NCBI GenBank assembly: GCA_937934295.1
Contig: CALHAI010000018.1
Coordinates: 966 to 64,965, forward strand
Direction of reading: 5' to 3'
DNA: 64,000 bases
Source of the DNA: an uncultured Blastocatellia bacterium
Lineage (GTDB): Bacteria; Acidobacteriota; Blastocatellia; HR10
The notes beneath the pieces are model-generated. The model was given only the letters and a program-made list of their open reading frames with translations, was not told the DNA's origin and did no database searches. The position numbers were made by a program, and so were the translations under genes. Shown piece by piece: positions 30,270 to 40,300 of this stretch; the stretch's first letter is position 1, and every line of letters begins with the position of its first letter.

Positions 30270-31010
30270 TTAAGTGAGGAGGAGGAAAAATGGATGCATT
30301 ATACTGTGGCGCAGGGATGATGGTTGTAGCCTCTGGCCACAGTGGTCGGTTGGAAAGCCCGCAGCAAGATACCTTGGGTGTTTTCCCTCTGGGGTGCCCT
30401 TGCATGGATAGTGGGCATAACACTAAAAGCAGTAGCTGCACTCCCAACTAGGCCTATAATCCACGGCGTTCGAGAGTTCTGCCCAGATAAATGACAGGAA
30501 TCTTTGAATGCGGAGTTACCCTTGGATTTGCGTCGATTCGGAAAATACGCGCGGCTCGCTGGAAAGAGGCGGTGGGGTTCGGTTTAGGCTTTGGCGCCAT
30601 AGAAGCTTTTTGGGTCGGGCTAATCGCTTTTGTCCTGGTCCTGTTGATCCTCTTAGTTCCAGACAAGCTTCCACCGGAGCTGTCTCAGTCGGTCATCCCA
30701 AGGGAGCAGTCATTCTTAGTAATCCCGGCGCCAATCATCGAGAGAATTACAACTATTTTCATACACGCATTCTCATGTTTGCTTATCGTCTATGCAGTGC
30801 AGTTCAGGGCGTAGAGGTGGTTCTGGGTTTCGTTTTTCTATAAGACTGCGGTAGACGCAGTAGCTGGTTTCTTTCAGATCACATACGGTGTTGAGAATCT
30901 CACGACACTTGAGATATGGGTCATGGAGCTCATTTTCCTTCCTTTTGGCATGATTGGTATTTGGGGGTTATGGGTGTTTCAACGCAAATGGCAAAACGCG
31001 GCTTGACCCC
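30270..31010. other. AT-rich islet (clearly lower GC than its surroundings) next to the IS remnant; probably foreign or degraded DNA
   Basis: The compositional shift is visible by eye. It holds only short ORFs, e.g. 30491..30814 +, a hydrophobic 107-aa fragment with a GFG..EAFW motif. Confidence 0.4.
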
Positions 31011-31164
31011 TCGTTCCGGCCGACCGTTCTCTCGGCGGCTCCGTCGGTGCAGTCGCAGCGGTTGAGATCGGTGATGCAAGCAGGGTGTGAAAATGGTAGA
31101 GCGTCTCGGGTTCTAAGTGCCCGGCCTCAGAGACATGGCGCAGGAACGGGCTATCGGGTTCCCA

Positions 31165-31605
31165 CTAAGAGGCTTGCACCACGGGCTCGACGACGAGTTT
31201 GTTGCCCTCGACGCCGGTGACCCGCACCATCGTGCCCGGGGCGATCTCGACGGTCGATGCCGCCACGGCCCGCCAGGTCTCTCCCTCGACTTTCACGAGA
31301 CCCCCCAGGGGACCCCGGACCGTTTCAAGGACCCAGCCCGTCTGACCGATGAGGCCCATGACTCCAAATTCCCGACTCTGGAGCTCCTGCCGGTGCAGGA
31401 GCCGACGGGAAACGGCCAGAGCGGCGACGGCGACGCCCAGGGCACTCCCGACTTGAAGCCACAGGGGACCCCCCAGGAAGGCGACGACCCCGCCCCCCAA
31501 GCACCCCACGCCCAGGCAGAGCAGGACGAAATTCGTCGGGAGGGCCAACTCAAGAAGGATACAAATCACGCCGACGACCATCCAGATGACAGTGAAGCTG
31601 ACCAT
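31165..31605 (-). CDS. NfeD-family membrane protein (short form: TM segments plus a C-terminal OB-fold). It is an orphan; no SPFH/stomatin partner lies adjacent.
   Basis: N-terminal TM helices, then the NfeD beta-barrel signature GLIGQTGWVLETVRGPLGGLVKVEGETWRAVAA...GTMVRVTGVEGNKLVVEP. Start ATG 31605, or 31647. Confidence 0.6.
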   Translation of the reverse strand: MVSFTVIWMVVGVICILLELALPTNFVLLCLGVGCLGGGVVAFLGGPLWLQVGSALGVAVAALAVSRRLLHRQELQSREFGVMGLIGQTGWVLETVRGPLGGLVKVEGETWRAVAASTVEIAPGTMVRVTGVEGNKLVVEPVVQAS

Positions 31606-31650
31606 GCCAGACACCCAACGCCGGATAGGATATGTATCGAAGATCAAGGG

Positions 31651-31689
31651 CGAACAGCGAATGGCGAATAGGGCCCTATTCCCTGTTCG
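31651..31689. promoter_or_regulatory. Palindromic element CGAACAG...AATAGGGCCCTATT...CTGTTCG immediately upstream of nfeD
   Basis: A perfect 14-bp palindrome AATAGGGCCCTATT (31667-31680) is nested in 7-bp arms. Additional GCGAA(T/C)GGCGAATAG inverted copies lie at 31654-31668 and 31701-31715. Confidence 0.35.
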
Positions 31690-31767
31690 CTGTGCGCCAC
31701 TCGCTATTCGCCGTTCGCTTTTCTCGAAGGGTCGGCAAAGCCGAGGGCATCCTGATTCTCAGGAGCT

Positions 31768-31998
31768 GAACGGCTCTGTTAGCATAGCCGTTCGGTTCGT
31801 GAGAATGCATCGGGACGGTCTTTCCCACCGCCCGAAAGGCACGGTTTTTCAAAGATACGGGATACGAGATGCGGGGTCCTCAGCCACCTGCCCATCTGCC
31901 GACTGCCGATCTGCGGGATGCTTGAAAAATCGTGCTCCCGGAAGGGTCTTTTTTCCGCTTCCCATCGCACTTTTCACTTCCCGAACAGCTCTGTTAAG
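31768..31998. mobile_element. MITE-like element bounded by inverted copies of the repeat CTTAACAGAGCYGTTCGG...GAGAAATGCA
   Basis: Copy B is at 31768-31815. It is a hairpin junction: GAACGGCTCTGTTAG, then CATAGCCGTTCGGTTCGTGAGAATGCA. Copy C is at 31955-31998 in reverse orientation (CCGAACAGCTCTGTTAAG). Both match copy A (29626-29663) at 17/18 in the core. Confidence 0.45.
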
Positions 31999-32116
31999 TC
32001 TTGAGCGCTGGGATAGTGCGGGGTCAGATTGGGAGTTCGAGAAAACCAACGTCCGATAATGTTTGATCCGAAATGTCGTCATTAATGTCGTCATTCCCAT
32101 GGGCGCTTGCCGAGGT

Positions 32117-32620
32117 CTACTCTTTGGGTTGGGGAGGGATAGGTTGAAAGCGGGGGAAGTGTTGGGCGGCCAGTTGGCTGATCATGGCAGCGCCGCGAGC
32201 GAGATAGGGTGAGGTGAAGCTCTCTCGCAAGAGATCACGACGCCATGGGAAGACGCTCAGAGCGAGATAGACGACCGAGCACAAAGCCCATCCGCGCAGG
32301 AAGCCGAAGAGACCGCCCATACCGTGATCGAGCCAGCTCAGGTGAGCCCGACGTAAGCCCGAATGAAGCGCGCGTGCGAGCAGGAGGCCGATGAAGAGCA
32401 CCAGCAGGTACGTACTGAGAAAAGCCAGCAAGTGCGCCATCTCCTCCGATTCGACGAGAGGACGGATGAACGGGGCAGCGCCGCGGTAGGAAGAGCTGGC
32501 GAGGAAAAACCCGGCGATGGCGGCGGCTGTCGTGATGACGCTTCGCGCGAATCCGCGTGAGAGCCCTGTGAGTGTCGAGAGGCCGATCACGAAGAGGACG
32601 AGGGCATCGAAGGTCGTCAT
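32117..32620 (-). CDS. cvpA: CvpA-family membrane protein (colicin V production protein homolog)
   Basis: Start ATG 32620 (MTTFDALVLFVIGLSTLTGLSRGFARS...). Four TM helices. It lies immediately downstream of purC, with 0 nt between them. Confidence 0.7.
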   Translation of the reverse strand: MTTFDALVLFVIGLSTLTGLSRGFARSVITTAAAIAGFFLASSSYRGAAPFIRPLVESEEMAHLLAFLSTYLLVLFIGLLLARALHSGLRRAHLSWLDHGMGGLFGFLRGWALCSVVYLALSVFPWRRDLLRESFTSPYLARGAAMISQLAAQHFPRFQPIPPQPKE

Positions 32621-33519
32621 GGTATCGTTTCCTTCCCCGTCAGAAGACGATAAGCCATGAGATACCGAGTGGCCGTTTGTTCGATAATGGATTTGGGGAG
32701 GCGAGGAGCGGATGAAGATCTGTCCCATCCGATAGAGTCCAGGTAGTCGCGGAGGAACTGCTTGTCAAAGGAGGGTGGCGGACGTCCGGGCGCATACTGA
32801 TCGGCAGCCCAGAAGCGCGAAGAATCTGGCGTCAGCGCCTCATCGATCCACAAAAGCGTCTGATCTCGCCATCCGAATTCGAACTTCGTATCGGCGAGGA
32901 TGAGGCCTCGAGCGAAGGCGTACTCGGCTGCCCGTGAATAGAGAGCGAGGCTCAGGTCCTTGAGCCGACGAGTTAACTCGGTCCCGAGGCGATTGGCCAT
33001 CTCGGCCTCGGAGATGTTGATGTCATGTCCTTCGGTGGCCTTGATCGCGGGGGTAAAGATCGGTTCCGGGAGTCTCGCCGCTTCGACCAGGCCCGGGGGC
33101 AAGCGGAGACCGCCGACGGTTCCGAACTGTTGGTACTCTCTCCAGGCCGATCCGGCCAGATAACCGCGCACGACGCATTCGATGGGGATTGGGCGCGCGC
33201 GATGCACGAGCATGCTGCGAGAGCGAAGCGCCGTGCGTTCGGTCTCCGTGAGTCCGTCGAGCGCGTGGACATCGGTCGTGATCAAGTGATGGGGGGCGAT
33301 GGGCTCCAGGAATCGGAACCAAAATGCCGAGAGCTGAGTGAGAACGGCTCCTTTACCAGGGATACCGTCCGGCAAGACGACATCGAAGGCTGAGATGCGA
33401 TCGGTCGTGACGATCAGCAGACGATCGTCACCGATGGTGTAGATATCGCGGACCTTTCCTCGCCGGAGGAGGGGATGAGCCGTGAGATGCGTTTCCAAGA
33501 CGACAGGTGGCGAGCTCAT
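32617..33519 (-). CDS. purC: Phosphoribosylaminoimidazole-succinocarboxamide synthase (SAICAR synthetase)
   Basis: 300 aa. LLRRGKVRDIYTIGDDRLLIVTTDRISAFDVVLPDGIPGKG is the hallmark PurC N-terminus. Its start overlaps the stop of the upstream tlpA-like gene (ATGA). Confidence 0.9.
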   Translation of the reverse strand: MSSPPVVLETHLTAHPLLRRGKVRDIYTIGDDRLLIVTTDRISAFDVVLPDGIPGKGAVLTQLSAFWFRFLEPIAPHHLITTDVHALDGLTETERTALRSRSMLVHRARPIPIECVVRGYLAGSAWREYQQFGTVGGLRLPPGLVEAARLPEPIFTPAIKATEGHDINISEAEMANRLGTELTRRLKDLSLALYSRAAEYAFARGLILADTKFEFGWRDQTLLWIDEALTPDSSRFWAADQYAPGRPPPSFDKQFLRDYLDSIGWDRSSSAPRLPKSIIEQTATRYLMAYRLLTGKETIP

Positions 33520-34004
33520 GGCTTGAGCAGCGCATCGAGCATTTTCGTCAACTCGTTCACGTAGCTCTCCGGATCCGCGAATCCCACATGCGGAGCCCCG
33601 ATGGGGTCGCCGTTGCGATCCAGGAGGAGAAGGGCTGGGACGCCCTCGGTCTTGAACCCTTGCAGGATGCGCGCTTCGGGATCGCGGAGTACGGGCAGAC
33701 GCACGCCCAGGCGGGAGACGAACTGTCGGAGTTGGTCATTAGAGATCTCGGGATCATCGATGCTGATCCAGAAGAAAGCGACCGGGCGTCCCGTGTATTG
33801 ATCGGCGACCTTTTGCAGGACGGGCAACTCCTCTCGGCAGGGCGGGCACCAGGTGGCGCCGAAGGAGAGGACGACGACTTGTCCACGGTAGTGCGTCAGG
33901 TCAACCATCCGACCATCGAGTGCAGGGAGCGAGAAGGATCGTTTCTGTGCGGGCGTCCCGTAAAGGGCGAATGCGACAAGGGCGAGCGCGAAGACTTTTT
34001 TCAT
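33516..34004 (-). CDS. TlpA/ResA-like periplasmic thiol:disulfide oxidoreductase (thioredoxin fold)
   Basis: Start ATG 34004 (MKKVFALALVAFAL..., a signal peptide). CxxC active site SFGATWCPPCREELP. Confidence 0.75.
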   Translation of the reverse strand: MKKVFALALVAFALYGTPAQKRSFSLPALDGRMVDLTHYRGQVVVLSFGATWCPPCREELPVLQKVADQYTGRPVAFFWISIDDPEISNDQLRQFVSRLGVRLPVLRDPEARILQGFKTEGVPALLLLDRNGDPIGAPHVGFADPESYVNELTKMLDALLKP

Positions 34005-34063
34005 AGGCACCCCCGAACGGTGTACTTTAGCACAGCAGGCATCGCCCGAAAAGGGAGTGGGCG

Positions 34064-36871
34064 TCATCGGAGCGTTCTCCCTTCGTTCCGGAGATAGGCG
34101 GCGAGGAACTGTCCCGTGTAGGACTCCGGGACGCGCATGATCGCTTCCGGAGGGCCTTGGGCGACGACATATCCGCCGCGCTCTCCGCCTTCGGGGCCGA
34201 GATCGATGATCCAGTCGGCGCATTTGATGACATCGGGATTGTGCTCGATGATGATGACTGATCCACCGGCGGCGATCAAGCGGCGGAAGGCGGCGATCAA
34301 CTTTTGAATGTCATCGAAGTGCAGGCCGGTCGTCGGTTCATCGAAGAGATAGAGCGTGCGGGCGCTGGTCTCTTTGGCCAGGTGGGCGGCGAGCTTGAGG
34401 CGTTGGGCTTCGCCTCCGGAGAGCGTCGTCGCCGATTGTCCCAGGCGGATGTATCCGAGGCCGATCTGATCGAGGACCTCCAACCGCCGCGTGATCTTCG
34501 ACACATCGGCGAAGAAGTGGAGGGCTTCGCGGACGGTCATATTGAGGACCTCGTGGATGGTCTTCCCTCGGTAGCGGATCTCCAGCAGTGCGGGTTGGAA
34601 GCGCATCCCCTGGCAGTGCTCACAGACGAGTTCGACATCGGCCAGAAATTGCATCTGGATGGTCACGACGCCGTTGCCCTCGCAGGCTTCGCAGCGGCCG
34701 CCGGGCACGTTGAAGGAGAAGTGTGCCGGGGTGAGGCCGCGCGCTTGTGCCTCGCGCGTGGAGGCGAAGAGTTCGCGGATGGCATCGAAGACCTTCAGGT
34801 ACGTTGCCGGGTTCGAACGAGGTGTGCGCCCGATGGGGGATTGATCCACGAGAATGATCTCGTCGAGCCATTCCCCACCTTCGATCTTGCGAACGGGGCC
34901 GACAGGTTGATTCCACTCTCCGCGTTGCTTCTTGAGATTGGCGTAGAGGACGTCGTAGACGAGGGTGGACTTGCCGGAGCCGGAGACGCCCGTGATGCAG
35001 ACCATCAGCTCCAGGGGGATGTCCACGTCAATGTTCTTGAGATTATGGGCGCGCGCACCGCGAATCGCCAGGCAGCGCCCGGTCGGGGAGAGGCGTTGCC
35101 TGGGGGTGGGGATGCTCAGCTCGCCGCGCAGGTATCTCCCGGTCAGCGAAGAGGGGGCGCGTTGCAACTCTTCGGGCGTCCCTTGGAAGACGACCTCGCC
35201 ACCGTGTTCGCCGGCGCCGGGCCCCAGATCGATGACGTGATCGGCGGCCAGGATCATCTCGCGATCGTGCTCGACCACAAGCACCGTATTCCCGATGTCG
35301 CGCAGATGCTTGAGCAAGCGGATGAGGCGCTGCGTATCGCGAGGATGCAGGCCGATGCTCGGCTCATCCAGGACGTAGAGGGTGCCGACCAGAGAAGCGC
35401 CGAGATTCGTCGCCAGTTGAATGCGCTGGGCCTCGCCGCCGGAGAGGGTGAAGGCATGCCGATCGAGCGTCACATAATCGAGACCGACGTCCACGAGGAA
35501 GGCGAGGCGCTGGCGGATCTCCTGAAGCAACCGGCCGGCGATCGCCTCTTCCTGAGGTGTGAGGGAGAGCGCGGCGAAGAAAGCGGCGCATTCGCCAATG
35601 CTCATGGCACAGATTTCGGGGAGCGTCTTCCCGCCGACGCGTACGGCCAAGGCTTCGGGTCTCAAGCGCGCGCCCTTGCAGGAGGGGCAGGTCGTATAGC
35701 CGCGATATTTGCTCAGGAAGACGCGCACGTGCAGCTTGTATTTCTTCGTCTCCAACCATTCGAAGAAGCCACGGATACCGGGGAACTCACCCTTCCCCTG
35801 GATGATCCAGCGTTGGTGCTCTCGGGAGAGTTGAGCGAAGGGGACGTCGGTGGGGATCCTCATGCGGCGGCAGAAGGTGAGCAACTCCTCCTGCGCCCAC
35901 TCGAACTGGGGCTTCGTCCAGGGTTCGATGGCCCCCTCTTGCAGCGAGCGCTCGCGATCCGGGATGACTAGGTCCAGATCGAGCCCGATAAGATTGCCGA
36001 AACCCTGACAGTTGGGGCAGGCACCATGGGCGCTGTTGAAGCTGAAGAGCTGCGGTTCGGGCTCAATGTAACGGGTTTGGCATTGCGGGCAGGTCAGCTG
36101 CGCCGTGAACGTGAGCTTCTGCGGAGGATCGCTGAGGAGCACGATTTCGGCGACGCCGTCCCCTTCGCGGTAGCAGAGCTCCAGCGAATCGATCAAGCGC
36201 GACCGGATATCGGGACGGAGGACGAGGCGATCTACGAGGACGCTCATCTCGTCGAGGGCGGGAGGGGTTTGGAGATCGCCGATCTCCACGACCTGGCCTC
36301 GCACGTAGAGGCGTGTGAATCCGCGCTGCTGCAGGGTGAGCAGCAGCGCCTTCGGCGAGAGCTCGCTCCGGCGGGAGCGTCCGTTCTCGGCTTTGCGCGC
36401 GAGCGGGAAGAGGACGTAGAAGCGGAGCCCTTCAGGTAATTGCAAGAGGCGATCGGCGATCGTCTCCGGGGTCTGGCGGATGACTTCGCTGTGGCAGGTC
36501 AGGCAGTAGACACGGCCGATTCGGGCAAAGAGCAGCCGCAGATAGTCATAGATTTCCGTCTGCGTGGCGACGGTGGAGCGCGGGTTGCGGCTGAGGGGTT
36601 TTTGCTGGATGGCGATCGTCGGGCAAAGGCCCGTGATCTCGTCCACATCCGGTTTCCTCATGCGCTCGAGGAACTGACGGGCATAGGCGGAGAGGGACTC
36701 CACATACCGGCGCTGGCCTTCGGCGTAGATCGTGTCGAAGGCGAGGCTCGATTTCCCTGAGCCGGAGACCCCGGTGATGACGGTCAGACTCCCGTGTGGG
36801 ATCTCGCAGGTGATGTTCTTGAGATTGTGTACGCGCGCGCCGCGCACGATGAATGCCGTCTGCTCACTCAT
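34064..36871 (-). CDS. uvrA: Excinuclease ABC subunit A
   Basis: Start ATG 36871 ([20 protein letters not shown]...). Two ABC ATPase modules ([10 protein letters not shown], twice) and zinc fingers. Full length, about 935 aa. Confidence 0.95.
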   Translation of the reverse strand: MSEQTAFIVRGARVHNLKNITCEIPHGSLTVITGVSGSGKSSLAFDTIYAEGQRRYVESLSAYARQFLERMRKPDVDEITGLCPTIAIQQKPLSRNPRSTVATQTEIYDYLRLLFARIGRVYCLTCHSEVIRQTPETIADRLLQLPEGLRFYVLFPLARKAENGRSRRSELSPKALLLTLQQRGFTRLYVRGQVVEIGDLQTPPALDEMSVLVDRLVLRPDIRSRLIDSLELCYREGDGVAEIVLLSDPPQKLTFTAQLTCPQCQTRYIEPEPQLFSFNSAHGACPNCQGFGNLIGLDLDLVIPDRERSLQEGAIEPWTKPQFEWAQEELLTFCRRMRIPTDVPFAQLSREHQRWIIQGKGEFPGIRGFFEWLETKKYKLHVRVFLSKYRGYTTCPSCKGARLRPEALAVRVGGKTLPEICAMSIGECAAFFAALSLTPQEEAIAGRLLQEIRQRLAFLVDVGLDYVTLDRHAFTLSGGEAQRIQLATNLGASLVGTLYVLDEPSIGLHPRDTQRLIRLLKHLRDIGNTVLVVEHDREMILAADHVIDLGPGAGEHGGEVVFQGTPEELQRAPSSLTGRYLRGELSIPTPRQRLSPTGRCLAIRGARAHNLKNIDVDIPLELMVCITGVSGSGKSTLVYDVLYANLKKQRGEWNQPVGPVRKIEGGEWLDEIILVDQSPIGRTPRSNPATYLKVFDAIRELFASTREAQARGLTPAHFSFNVPGGRCEACEGNGVVTIQMQFLADVELVCEHCQGMRFQPALLEIRYRGKTIHEVLNMTVREALHFFADVSKITRRLEVLDQIGLGYIRLGQSATTLSGGEAQRLKLAAHLAKETSARTLYLFDEPTTGLHFDDIQKLIAAFRRLIAAGGSVIIIEHNPDVIKCADWIIDLGPEGGERGGYVVAQGPPEAIMRVPESYTGQFLAAYLRNEGRTLR

Positions 36872-36996
36872 AACCGAAGAAGTATAGATCGGCCTATCGC
36901 GGATGGGCAACGTGAGGGCGGCGCATTGTCTTGGCGAAGGAGTGTGCTAAAATCTTGCTCGAAGATGGGCGGACGCTTCATCGCAAGGGAGGACCG

Positions 36997-38271
36997 ATGA
37001 AGGAATTCGAGAGAGTCGAAGAGGTGAAGGAGGAGAATCCGCTTGACTCGATGCTCTATCATTTCGATCAAGCGGCGCGGCTCCTTCATTTGGAATCGGA
37101 CCTATACACGTTCATGCGATATCCGAGCTTGGAGGTGACCATTTACATTCCCGTGATCATGGATGATGGGCATCTGGAGGTGTTCGTCGGGTATCGCGTG
37201 CAGCACAACTTCGCGCGGGGGCCGGCCAAGGGGGGGATTCGCTTCGCCCCTAATGTGACGTTGGACGAGATTCGGGCTCTGGCGGCGTGGATGACGTGGA
37301 AGTGTGCGGTCGCGAACATCCCGTTCGGAGGGGCGAAGGGCGGGGTCGTCTGCAATCCGGCTGAATTGTCGCGGGGAGAGCTGGAGCGGTTGACACGGCG
37401 TTACACGGCGCAACTTCTGGACATCTTGGGGCCGGAGCGGGACGTGCCGGCGCCGGACTTGAACACGGACGAGCAAGTCATGGCGTGGATCATGGACACC
37501 TATTCGATGCACGCGCGGCATGTGGTGACGGCCTCGGTGACGGGCAAGCCGATCGGGTTGGGGGGATCGGCGGGGCGGCGCGAAGCGACCGGGCGCGGGC
37601 TTTTGATCGTGGCCAACGAAGCCTTTCGACATCTGGGGCTTTCGCCCAAAGAGGCGCGGGTCGTCATTCAGGGGGCGGGCAATGTGGGCGGGGTTGCCGC
37701 CCGGCTCTTCCACGAGGCTGGGTATAAGGTGATCGCCATCTCGGACGTGCATGGCGGCATCTTCAACCCCCAGGGCTTGAACATCCCCGAGGTCTTGGAG
37801 TACCACCGCTTGGAGAAGAGCTTTCGTGGGTATCCGCACGCGGAGCCGATCACCAATGAGGAACTGCTAGAGCTGGAATGCGAGATCCTGATTCCGGCGG
37901 CTGTCGAGAGCCAGATCACTTCGCGCAATGCCGGACGCCTGCGGTGTCGGATCCTCTGTGAGGGCGCGAATGGGCCGACGACGGCGCAGGCCGATCGGAT
38001 CCTCCAGGAACGAGGGATCTTCGTGCTGCCGGACATCTTGGCCAATGCCGGCGGAGTGACGGTGAGTTACTTCGAGTGGGTACAGAATCGGATGGGCTAT
38101 TACTGGAGCGAACGGATTGTGAATCATCGGTTGAAGGAGGTCATGACCAAAAGCTTCCGCGACGTGCTCGCCTATGCGACGCGCTATGGCGTGAGTATGC
38201 GGACGGCGGCATACATGCTGGCGATCGATCGCGTGGCGTATGACGTACGCATGCGCGGCATCTACGCTTGA
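36997..38271 (+). CDS. gdhA: Glutamate dehydrogenase (Glu/Leu/Phe/Val dehydrogenase family)
   Basis: An RBS AGGGAGG precedes ATG 36997. Catalytic-lysine region GGAKGGV and NAD(P)-binding GAGNVGG. Confidence 0.9.
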   Translation: MKEFERVEEVKEENPLDSMLYHFDQAARLLHLESDLYTFMRYPSLEVTIYIPVIMDDGHLEVFVGYRVQHNFARGPAKGGIRFAPNVTLDEIRALAAWMTWKCAVANIPFGGAKGGVVCNPAELSRGELERLTRRYTAQLLDILGPERDVPAPDLNTDEQVMAWIMDTYSMHARHVVTASVTGKPIGLGGSAGRREATGRGLLIVANEAFRHLGLSPKEARVVIQGAGNVGGVAARLFHEAGYKVIAISDVHGGIFNPQGLNIPEVLEYHRLEKSFRGYPHAEPITNEELLELECEILIPAAVESQITSRNAGRLRCRILCEGANGPTTAQADRILQERGIFVLPDILANAGGVTVSYFEWVQNRMGYYWSERIVNHRLKEVMTKSFRDVLAYATRYGVSMRTAAYMLAIDRVAYDVRMRGIYA

Positions 38272-38282
38272 GGCGTGGAGAT

Positions 38283-40214
38283 ATGAGACGACGGCTCGTC
38301 GGGGGCGTCCTGGGGATACTGCTCGCAGTGGGGGGGACAACGGGAGCGCACATGGAACTCGGCTGGCAGTGGAGCCCGATGGGGCCGTATGGGGGAGAAG
38401 CGCGGCGGCTGGCCGTTGATCCGCGACATCCGGATCGAATCTTTGTCGGGACCTGTGATGGACAGCTCTATCTCTCTGAAGACGGTGGGGAGAATTGGAC
38501 GCGGCTTGCCGGATTCCATCGCCCGGGATTCTGCATCTCTCGAATTCTCGTGGATGCCGAGGATTCGAGAACGATCTACGTGGCCGGGTGGCAGATCTTC
38601 GCCGAACAAGGTGGGGGGATTTACCGGAGTCGCGATGGTGGACGGACGTGGGCCCTGTTGCCGGGAACGGAGGCGTATTCGGTGCGCGCTTTGGCCCAAG
38701 CCTCACGCGATCCCCGTGTGCTGATCTTCGCGGCGTTAGAGGGGGTCTTTCGGAGCGAGGATCGGGGAGAGTCATGGCGGCGCATCTCGCCGGCCAATGA
38801 TCTGGAGATTCGGAACGTGGAATCCATCGCCATTGATCCGCGTTCGGAGCAAACGCTCTATGTGGGGACGTGGCACTTGCCGTGGAAGACCACCGATGGG
38901 GGGCGGACGTGGACGAGGGCGGGGAGTCGAGAGACGGGGATCATTGACGATTCTGAAGTCTTCAATCTTCTCATTGACGAGCGAAACCCGGACCTTTTGT
39001 GGCTGAGCGCATGCACGGGGGTCTATCGTTCGACGGATGGGGGGCGGAGTTGGCGGCGGATGATGGGGCTGCCGTCGCGAAGCCGTCGGGTATTGGCGTT
39101 GGCGAAGCCGGTAGGGCAGCGGGACGTGCTCTTTGCGGGGACGACGGAGGGGTTGTGGCGGACTGAGGATGGCGGGGCGACATGGCGTCTGATAACAAAT
39201 CGAAGGTTGACCGTGCAAGACATCGCTCTTCACTCGCAGCGGCCACAGCGGGTGCTCATTGCCACCGAAGAGGCAGGCGTTTGGCTCAGCCAAGATGGGG
39301 GGCGAACGTTCCGCCCTTCGAATCGAGGGTTTTCGAGTTGGGTGATCACCAGTATCCTCCCAGATCGGGAGATTCCCGGGCGCCTCTACTGTGGTGTGAT
39401 GAGAGGGGGGCTTGAGGGGAGCTTTTTCATCAGCGAGGATGGGGGGCGGAGCTGGCGGGCACGTTCCCTGAGGGGAGTGAAGGCGATTCTCCAATCGCGG
39501 CGAGATGGACGGCGGCTCTTCGTCCTGGCCGAGGACGGGATCTTCATCTCGGAAGATCGCGGGGAGAGCTGGCGAAAAGGGCCGCCTTTAGAGGTGGGCG
39601 CCTCACATCTTGCCGAAGCGGGCGATGGGCGACTTCTGGTTCTCACGTCGGGAGCGCTCCTGCGATATGAAGAATCGCAAGGACGGTGGGAGCGCGTGCG
39701 CGCGGTCGAGGGGCAGTTCCTGAAGGTGCTGCACATCTCTCGGAGGATATGGATTGTGGGCCATGGGCGCCTTTGGATGAGCGAGGATGGCGGCTCGTGG
39801 GTGGAGCGGGCGTTACCGGATCGGGTGGGGAGCGTTCACGTGATTCTTGAACATCCGAGCGACCCCGATCTTCTCTTCATCGGCACGTCGTTTGGCCTCT
39901 ATCGTTCTCGCAATGGGGGAAAGGATTGGGAGCGATGCGCTCACGGACTCCCTCATGCGGATGTCGCGACGATCGCTGTTCATCCGAACGATCCTCGATG
40001 GATGTTGGTCACGGACTATCGCGTGGGAGCTGTCTATCTCTCCGCGGATCGTGGGGAGACGTGGCGGCGGATTGACGAAGCGGTGGGGGCATGGGCGTTG
40101 GTCGGAGCTTTCGATCCTCATGATGGGGAGCGAGTTCTCATCGGCTCGCGAGGGATGGGCGTTTATGTGGGCCGGCGATCGGTGCAGCTCGTCGAGCGAG
40201 AAAATTCCCCTTGA
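38283..40214 (+). CDS. Secreted BNR/Asp-box repeat beta-propeller protein (12 S-x-D-G-G-x-T/S-W repeats)
   Basis: Signal peptide MRRRLVGGVLGILLAVGGTTGAH. Twelve repeats such as SEDGGENWTR, SRDGGRTWAL, TTDGGRTWTR and STDGGRSWRR, consistent with two six/seven-bladed propellers (sialidase / GH74 / Ycf48-like superfamily). The start lies 11 nt after the gdh stop, with an RBS GGAGA. Confidence 0.7.
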   Translation: MRRRLVGGVLGILLAVGGTTGAHMELGWQWSPMGPYGGEARRLAVDPRHPDRIFVGTCDGQLYLSEDGGENWTRLAGFHRPGFCISRILVDAEDSRTIYVAGWQIFAEQGGGIYRSRDGGRTWALLPGTEAYSVRALAQASRDPRVLIFAALEGVFRSEDRGESWRRISPANDLEIRNVESIAIDPRSEQTLYVGTWHLPWKTTDGGRTWTRAGSRETGIIDDSEVFNLLIDERNPDLLWLSACTGVYRSTDGGRSWRRMMGLPSRSRRVLALAKPVGQRDVLFAGTTEGLWRTEDGGATWRLITNRRLTVQDIALHSQRPQRVLIATEEAGVWLSQDGGRTFRPSNRGFSSWVITSILPDREIPGRLYCGVMRGGLEGSFFISEDGGRSWRARSLRGVKAILQSRRDGRRLFVLAEDGIFISEDRGESWRKGPPLEVGASHLAEAGDGRLLVLTSGALLRYEESQGRWERVRAVEGQFLKVLHISRRIWIVGHGRLWMSEDGGSWVERALPDRVGSVHVILEHPSDPDLLFIGTSFGLYRSRNGGKDWERCAHGLPHADVATIAVHPNDPRWMLVTDYRVGAVYLSADRGETWRRIDEAVGAWALVGAFDPHDGERVLIGSRGMGVYVGRRSVQLVERENSP

Positions 40215-40300
40215 CTTTTTGGTGGGATTCAGACAAGATGCTCGCGGACATATGCGGATGTGGCGGCACAAGCGAGTGATCCTGTGGCGAAGGAGGGAGG

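Noticed and set aside
31080-31135. tRNA-like fragment (…AATGGTAGAGCGTCTCGGGTTCTAAGTGCCCGG…)
   Set aside because: It has a D-arm-like GGTAGAGCG, but no acceptor pairing, no anticodon stem and no GTTCGA T-loop. It is probably a chance match or a decayed remnant.
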